A stretch of DNA of 64,000 bases from an archaeon (GTDB lineage Archaea; Undinarchaeota; CAZHTU01; JBDRCC01). Under the pieces are notes generated by a model, which was not told the origin of the DNA, searched no databases, and was given only the letters and a program-made list of their open reading frames with translations. Positions 58,734 to 64,000 of this stretch are shown one piece after another. Made by a program: the position numbers and the translations under genes. The DNA lies in the NCBI GenBank assembly GCA_043822065.1, contig JBDRCC010000007.1, positions 32,001 to 96,000 of the forward strand, written 5' to 3'. Each line of letters begins with the position of its first letter. Positions within the stretch are counted from its first letter, which is position 1.

Positions 58734-59489
58734 TCAGCGGCTCTTCCAATCCGAGACGAAGCGCTCTAGCTTCCTGAAGTCCTTTTCTGTGTCTTCGATT
58801 GCGGTTGGCACGTATTTCGCAGTCCTGCTGGCGTCGCCCAGCTCCCCTTTAATCATCTCCCCCCACTTTTTCATTTCGCTTATGTCTTGCCTCGCCCTGC
58901 CCAGGATGAACTCCGCGCCAAGCCCGAGCTCCTTCGCGAGCACCAATGAGTTGTAGAGCCCGCATTTCGAATCATCATAAAAGTCGTCCATCTCGCCCAC
59001 AAACTCGCCGTGGTCCAGCCGCGGGCGCAGGAACTCTCGCATCATCTTCAGGCATTTAGGCTGAACCCTGCCGTACCCTTCCGCAAGCCTGAAGCAGATG
59101 TCGAAGTCGCAGTGCTTGCGCGCCCAGATGTCCACCATCATCCGCATCGCAGTCTTTTTGTCCAGCGAACGCTTCCTGCGGAGCTCCATGGCGGTGCATT
59201 CCAGGGAGAACAGCTCCTCTACCCTGCTTATCATTGCCTGGCTTTCCGCCCCTGGCGCTAAAAACCTGCCGATGTCCAGTCTCATCTTCCCGGCTTCCTT
59301 TCCAAACTCGCTGCAGCTTGCGCTTCGCATGCACTCAAACTTCTCGTCGTACTTGTATACTACGCGGAAAAAGCGTAGAAGAAGGTCAGCCAGCTCATGC
59401 GCTTTGGCGGCAGGTATGTCATAAAGCTCCAGCGCGTCGCCCATCACAAAATTTACGTGGGTGCGGCACTTTTTCTCAGCCCCGTCCAT
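58734..59489 (-). CDS. Hypothetical all-alpha protein with Asp-rich motif (possible isoprenoid synthase fold)
   Basis: YDEKFE and EMDDFYDDSKCGLYN. Confidence 0.65.
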   Translation of the reverse strand: MDGAEKKCRTHVNFVMGDALELYDIPAAKAHELADLLLRFFRVVYKYDEKFECMRSASCSEFGKEAGKMRLDIGRFLAPGAESQAMISRVEELFSLECTAMELRRKRSLDKKTAMRMMVDIWARKHCDFDICFRLAEGYGRVQPKCLKMMREFLRPRLDHGEFVGEMDDFYDDSKCGLYNSLVLAKELGLGAEFILGRARQDISEMKKWGEMIKGELGDASRTAKYVPTAIEDTEKDFRKLERFVSDWKSR

Positions 59490-59596
59490 ATTACCAAAAT
59501 GGCAGGCATATTATTAATACCTTGTGCCGGTCTGTCCGACTCAAAACAAAGTACCCACTCCAGGTGGGTTCTGCCATCCTGGCGTGTTCTGGCACC

Positions 59597-59821
59597 CTAT
59601 TTTGTGGATTTCTTCTTCTCTGTGATGCCAAAAAGGTCGTACCACATCATCAGGCCGCTTCCAAGAAGGAGCATGCTGACGAGGTAGTACGCCACCGGCA
59701 TCAAAGTTATTGCGCCGCCCGCGTTCCACTGCACTGCAAAGCCCTTCACAAATAGGGCTATGCCAGCAGTCCCCAAAACAGTCATACTAAGGAAATGGCC
59801 CTTATTCTTGGTATTGTACAT
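59597..59821 (-). CDS. Small two-TM hypothetical protein
   Basis: Two hydrophobic helices, basic tail; TTTATAA upstream on the minus strand. Confidence 0.65.
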   Translation of the reverse strand: MYNTKNKGHFLSMTVLGTAGIALFVKGFAVQWNAGGAITLMPVAYYLVSMLLLGSGLMMWYDLFGITEKKKSTK

Positions 59822-59904
59822 AATTCTATTTCCAAAAGCATCCCTTCTTATAAACCTTTGCCTGAGAGCAAAGTTATATACCGTGGCGCAATGGTAATTT
59901 TTAA

Positions 59905-60582
59905 ATGGAATCTTCCGAGGTCTTACGAAAATTGCAGTCCCTATCTGACCCGAAAAACGTTGCAGGCATGGCGCGGTTTGGGATTAGCTCCAAGAACACG
60001 CTTGGAGTCCCCGTCCCGGAGCTTCGCGCAATCGCAAAGCAGGCAGGGAAGGACCACAAGATTGCTCTTAGGCTTTGGAAGTCCGGAATCCACGAGGCGC
60101 GGATTCTGGCGAGCATGGTGGAAGAGCCGGCGAAGGTGACAGAGGCGCAGGCCGATGCATGGGTTGCCGGATTCGACTCCTGGGATGTGTGCGACCAGTG
60201 CTGCATGAACCTCTTCTGGACGCTGCCCTTTGCGAATAAAAAAATATTCGAATGGGCGAAGCGGGACGAGGAGTACGTCAGGCGGGCCGCGTTCGCCCTC
60301 ATCGCCAGCATTTCCGTGAAAGACAAAAAGATGCCTGGCAGTGAAATCGAGCGGTTTTTCCCGTTGATAAAGGAGTACTCCACAGATTCTCGGAACTACG
60401 TCCGGAAGGCCGTAAACTGGGCGCTGCGGCAGATCGGAAAAAGGAACTCAAAGCTGAACCTGAAGGCGGTCGCGGTCGCGAAGGAAATCCAGAGAATAGA
60501 CTCGAAATCTGCGAAGTGGGTTGCGGCTGATGCCCTGCGGGAATTGACCAGCGGGGCGGTCCAAAAACGGCTTAAAAAATAG
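59905..60582 (+). CDS. DNA alkylation repair protein (AlkD-like HEAT-repeat glycosylase)
   Basis: GMARFGI, LGVPVPELR, DSWDVCDQ, DSRNYVRKAVNWALRQIGKR. Confidence 0.93.
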   Translation: MESSEVLRKLQSLSDPKNVAGMARFGISSKNTLGVPVPELRAIAKQAGKDHKIALRLWKSGIHEARILASMVEEPAKVTEAQADAWVAGFDSWDVCDQCCMNLFWTLPFANKKIFEWAKRDEEYVRRAAFALIASISVKDKKMPGSEIERFFPLIKEYSTDSRNYVRKAVNWALRQIGKRNSKLNLKAVAVAKEIQRIDSKSAKWVAADALRELTSGAVQKRLKK

Positions 60583-60637
60583 ACCTACCAAAAGCTATTT
60601 ATGTGCGGGTTTCTTTTCTTGTATGGGGTGAACCAAA

Positions 60638-61066
60638 TTGCCAGCTAAAAAGAAAGCCGCAAAGCCGAAAAAAGCGGCCGCAAAGCCAAAGAAAAAGGTT
60701 GCAAAATCTGCACCAAAGCCAAAGGTAGCACCACTTGCGCCGAGGCCAGCCTTCGCAAGGCCAGCTCAGGTCCAGGCGCCGGCAGCACCTGCAGGACCGC
60801 AGGCTCCAGCAAGCAAAGAGTATGTGGGGGACGTCGCAGCATATTTCGGCGGCGTGAGCGTCATAGCGATTGACCTGACCGCCGGCCTGAATGTAGGCGA
60901 CGAGATATGGGTTGAACGCGGGGACAACCTGAGCTTTAGGCAGAGGGTTGACTCAATGCAGATAGACAGGGTGCCAGTCCAATCCGCGACGAAAGGCCAG
61001 TCCGTCGGCATAAAAGTTAGCCAGAAAGCAGCCCCTGGAAACAAGGTTTACAGAATCACTAAGTGA
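60638..61066 (+). CDS. Translation-factor-like beta-barrel protein with K/A/P-rich N-terminus
   Basis: GDVAAYFGGVSV, LNVGDEI, FRQRVDSMQIDR, GQSVGIKV, KVY; GGGGTGA SD before TTG. Confidence 0.82.
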   Translation: MPAKKKAAKPKKAAAKPKKKVAKSAPKPKVAPLAPRPAFARPAQVQAPAAPAGPQAPASKEYVGDVAAYFGGVSVIAIDLTAGLNVGDEIWVERGDNLSFRQRVDSMQIDRVPVQSATKGQSVGIKVSQKAAPGNKVYRITK

Positions 61067-61760
61067 CCTTAATGCCCATGCTCTGCAGGGCGGTTTTTGC
61101 CTTGCCGGCTGCAAGGCCCTTGTGAAGCCTTACGGCAGTTTTTAGCTCATGCACGTTTTCGTGCAGCGAAAGGTGCTCTAGCACGTAAAGCGAGATTCCA
61201 AGCATCTCCTCCGCGGTGAATATGCCGTGGTGGGTCTCTTTCGCCCCGAACAGCTTGGTTTCGATTTTGCCGATGAGCCCGGTGCCGTCTTTAAGCTTGT
61301 CTGCGAGCAGCTCCTCTGCGATTTCTTTCCTGACGTCCCACATTACATAGAACAGGTACATCCCGGCAGTTATCCTGGCAGCCTTCATCATGGACTCCGG
61401 CGCCGCAAGGAACTCCTCTAGAACATATATGTCTCCAATATCGCTGCCTGAAATCTTTTCTTTTGGTATTATAAGTATCTCGACCGGTCGTCTGGAGCTG
61501 GTCATCATCCACTCCTTGAATGCCTCCCACGAGCTGCGCCTGCCGCCGATTTTCATCTTTTTGAGGTAGAGGCTGAGCCTGAGCTGGTCCATCATGTTCC
61601 GGCTCTTGATAATTTTTATCTCCCCCCTGTTGGGGTAGTACTGCTCCAGTCGCACTCTCTCTGCTTTGCCAGTCTTGGGGTTAGTAAGTGTGAGGGGGTG
61701 CGCATATGCCTCCCTAAGCACGTCGCAAATCTCTGAGTAAAGCTCGTTTGCAGTTTCCAT
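61059..61760 (-). CDS. Hypothetical protein with C-terminal HExxH motif
   Basis: LSLHENVHELK. Confidence 0.7.
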   Translation of the reverse strand: METANELYSEICDVLREAYAHPLTLTNPKTGKAERVRLEQYYPNRGEIKIIKSRNMMDQLRLSLYLKKMKIGGRRSSWEAFKEWMMTSSRRPVEILIIPKEKISGSDIGDIYVLEEFLAAPESMMKAARITAGMYLFYVMWDVRKEIAEELLADKLKDGTGLIGKIETKLFGAKETHHGIFTAEEMLGISLYVLEHLSLHENVHELKTAVRLHKGLAAGKAKTALQSMGIKVT

Positions 61761-61840
61761 GCGTTGCCTAAATACTGAGTTCTATTTAACCTTTACTTGA
61801 TAGGCAAATTATAAAAGATACGCAGGGCTAGTTCTGGGAT

Positions 61841-63592
61841 ATGATACGCCAGCCAATTATTTCCATACTTGGCCATGTCGACCACGGGAAGACGTCGCTC
61901 CTAGACTGGATACGCGGCTCGTCTGTTGTTGACAAGGAGGCTGGCAAGATAACCCAGCACGTTTCTGCCACTGAGGTGCCATTTGACGCCCTTAAGCGGA
62001 TATGCTCAAGCATATCATCCGGCAAGTTCAGCGTCAAAGTCCCCGGCCTGCTCTTCGTTGACACTCCCGGGCACGAGGCGTTCACCACCCTGCGGCGCAG
62101 GGGCGGCGCGCTTGCAGACATAGCCGTGCTCGTTGTCGACATAAACGAGGGCGTAATGCCCCAGACCGAGGAGAGCATAAGCATACTCAAGCACACGAAG
62201 ACGCCGTTTGTCGTTGCAGCCACCAAAATAGACCTTCTGCCCGGCTGGAAGGAGAAAAAAAACTGCACTTTCTCCGAAGCGCTTTCGGCCCAGAAAGATT
62301 CGGTAAAAGAGGAGCTTGACAAGAAGCTATACCTGCTCGTTGGGAAGCTGAGCTCGTACGAGATATCCTCCGAGCGCGTTGACCGGGTTAACGATTTCAC
62401 GAAGGAAATATGCATTGTTCCCGTTTCCTCGAAGCATGGCGTGGGAATCCAGGACGTCCTTACGCTCCTCTTGGGTCTTTCCCAAAAATTCCTGCAGGAG
62501 CAGCTCAAGGTCGAGGTCTCCGGCCCTGCCAAGGGCTCAGTGCTGGAAGTAAAAGAGGAGAAAGGCATAGGATCGACTGCGGACGTCATAGTCTACGATG
62601 GAGTCCTGAAAAAGGGAGACCGCATCGTCCTGATGTCGAAAAACGGCCCGGTTGAGACGCGCGTCAGGGCGCTTTTCAAGCCTGCGCCAATGACTGAGAC
62701 AAAATTCGGCAAGCAGTACCAGTCTGTTGACTCTGTATCTGCGGCAAGCGGGGTCAAGCTTTCAGCCCCGGGCATAGAGGACACGCTCGCAGGTTCGCCC
62801 CTGCGGGTGGTCGCCGGTGACAGCGAGGAGCTCAAGACGCAGATTTCCACTGAATTTGAGCACATAAGGATTGAGACAGAGGACCTCGGGTGTGTCCTAA
62901 AGGCGGACACCTATGGCTCCCTTGAGGCGCTGATTGCCTTCCTGAGCGAGAACCAGATTCCAATCCGGTACGCAGACATAGGCGCGGTTTCGAAGAGGGG
63001 AATTGCCGAGGCGGAAACGGTTGCGATTGCAGACCCGTTCCTCGGCGTGGTGTTTGCTTTCTGTGTTGACGTTCTGCCGGATGCGCGCGAGAAGGCGAAG
63101 AACTCAGGGATAAAAATATTCGAGGAGAACATCATCTACAAGCTGGTGGACGAATACAAGGCGTGGAAAGACGCAGAGATGGTGCGCCAGAAGTCAAAGA
63201 AGCTTGACGGAATACCAAAGCCGGCGTACATCAGGTTCCTGCCCGGCTACGTCTTCCGCCAGAAGGATCCTGCTGTCTTTGGGATTGAGATTCTTGAGGG
63301 CACCCTCTTGCCCAAAACCCAGCTGACGAACGCCTCAGGCAAGGTGGTCGGCACCGTAAAAGAGATGCAGCACGAGGGTGAAACCATCCAGTTCGCGTCC
63401 TCCGGCCAGAAGGTAGCGCTTTCCCTTGAGGGCCCAACTATAGGCCGGCACATAAAAGAGGGGGAGTATTTCCTATCATACGTCACCGAAACCCAAATGG
63501 AAACTTTAAAAAACAACAAGAACCTACTCTCAGAGAGCGAAATTGCAGCTCTTAAACGAGTTATAATTTTAGCGCTTGATCAAAATGACTGA
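61841..63592 (+). CDS. infB: Translation initiation factor aIF5B (IF-2)
   Basis: IRQPI..LGHVDHGKT, ITQH, DTPGHEAF..LRRRGG, KADTYGSLEAL, VFRQKDPAVFG. Confidence 0.98.
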   Translation: MIRQPIISILGHVDHGKTSLLDWIRGSSVVDKEAGKITQHVSATEVPFDALKRICSSISSGKFSVKVPGLLFVDTPGHEAFTTLRRRGGALADIAVLVVDINEGVMPQTEESISILKHTKTPFVVAATKIDLLPGWKEKKNCTFSEALSAQKDSVKEELDKKLYLLVGKLSSYEISSERVDRVNDFTKEICIVPVSSKHGVGIQDVLTLLLGLSQKFLQEQLKVEVSGPAKGSVLEVKEEKGIGSTADVIVYDGVLKKGDRIVLMSKNGPVETRVRALFKPAPMTETKFGKQYQSVDSVSAASGVKLSAPGIEDTLAGSPLRVVAGDSEELKTQISTEFEHIRIETEDLGCVLKADTYGSLEALIAFLSENQIPIRYADIGAVSKRGIAEAETVAIADPFLGVVFAFCVDVLPDAREKAKNSGIKIFEENIIYKLVDEYKAWKDAEMVRQKSKKLDGIPKPAYIRFLPGYVFRQKDPAVFGIEILEGTLLPKTQLTNASGKVVGTVKEMQHEGETIQFASSGQKVALSLEGPTIGRHIKEGEYFLSYVTETQMETLKNNKNLLSESEIAALKRVIILALDQND

Positions 63593-64000
63593 ATTTAAAC
63601 TTTCAGTGTCCGGCAAAGACGGGAAGGCATACAAGAAGCAGCTTTCCGGCAGCGACGCCGATGCACTCATTGGCAAAAAACTCGGCGAAACAATAAGCGG
63701 AGACATGTTAGGCCTCCCTGGGTACGAGCTCAAGATAACCGGCGGCTCGGACAAGGACGGCTTCCCAATGCGCCCCGGATTCCATGGTAGCAGGGTCGTA
63801 GAGCTTCTGCTTGCAGAGGGGCCAGGCTTCAGGCCGGCAACCAAAGGCGCAAGGAGGAAGAAGCGGGTCCGCGGAGACACGGTATCCGAATCAATCTGCC
63901 AGATAAACTTCAAAGTCACAAAGCAGGGCGGCAAAACACTCAGAGTGCTCCTTGGCGGAGATCAGGGCGCGGCTGAAAAGTCTCGGGACGAAGTTCTTGA
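63585..64000 (+). CDS. rps6e: 30S ribosomal protein S6e (3'-truncated by window edge); absent from the ORF track
   Basis: Translated by hand: LIGKKLGETI, GYELKITGGSDKDGFPMR, GARRKKRVRG, QINFKV. Confidence 0.96.
   Translation, partial: MTEFKLSVSGKDGKAYKKQLSGSDADALIGKKLGETISGDMLGLPGYELKITGGSDKDGFPMRPGFHGSRVVELLLAEGPGFRPATKGARRKKRVRGDTVSESICQINFKVTKQGGKTLRVLLGGDQGAAEKSRDEVL

Noticed and set aside
58703-59848. ATCCCTTCT repeat as att pair for tRNA-Leu(CAG)
   Set aside because: Only 9 nt, does not include the acceptor end, and lies in a divergent promoter region.
437-63934. Numerous 60-240 aa ORFs antisense to or overlapping core genes
   Set aside because: Shadow frames of strongly biased coding sequence; no motifs, and they overlap confidently identified genes.
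1-64000. CRISPR array, rRNA, transposase or integrase
   Set aside because: No regularly spaced repeat-spacer pattern, rRNA signature or recombinase motif was seen.

Overview
Core-genome segment of an archaeon, probably DPANN-affiliated (inferred from split rpoB/rpoA, an RpoD without its Fe-S domain, loss of metabolic genes from conserved operons and a CGDGxC-type surface protein). It carries the RNA polymerase/str cluster (rpoB''-B'-A'-A''-L30e-nusA-S12-S7-EF2-EF1a-S10), the L3-to-secY ribosomal superoperon ending in cmk-L14e-cbf5, the S13-S4-S11-rpoD-L18e-L13-S9-rpoN-rpoK-S2-MEMO1-RNase J-gltX cluster, and L7Ae-S28e-L24e...aIF5B-S6e. It also holds cysS, a DEAD-box helicase, a Na/Pi symporter with PhoU, hypA with an ATPase-type hypB, six intron-less tRNAs and small accessory patches next to tRNAs. 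No rRNA, CRISPR array, transposase or integrase was recognised. The main leads are: (1) an integrase-less single-gene islet of about 1.1 kb bounded by a perfect 15-bp duplication of the tRNA-Ser(GGA) 3' end, carrying a Cys-rich secreted PLA2-like protein, with a decayed counterpart at tRNA-Ser(TGA); (2) an RNA polymerase whose trigger loop reads TKH instead of TFH and whose bridge helix contains a proline; (3) reciprocal remodelling of the exit-tunnel loops of uL4 (longer) and uL22 (shorter); (4) structured leaders on three r-protein operons; (5) an archease lacking its catalytic motifs. All calls come from motif recognition by eye; no database searches were run.
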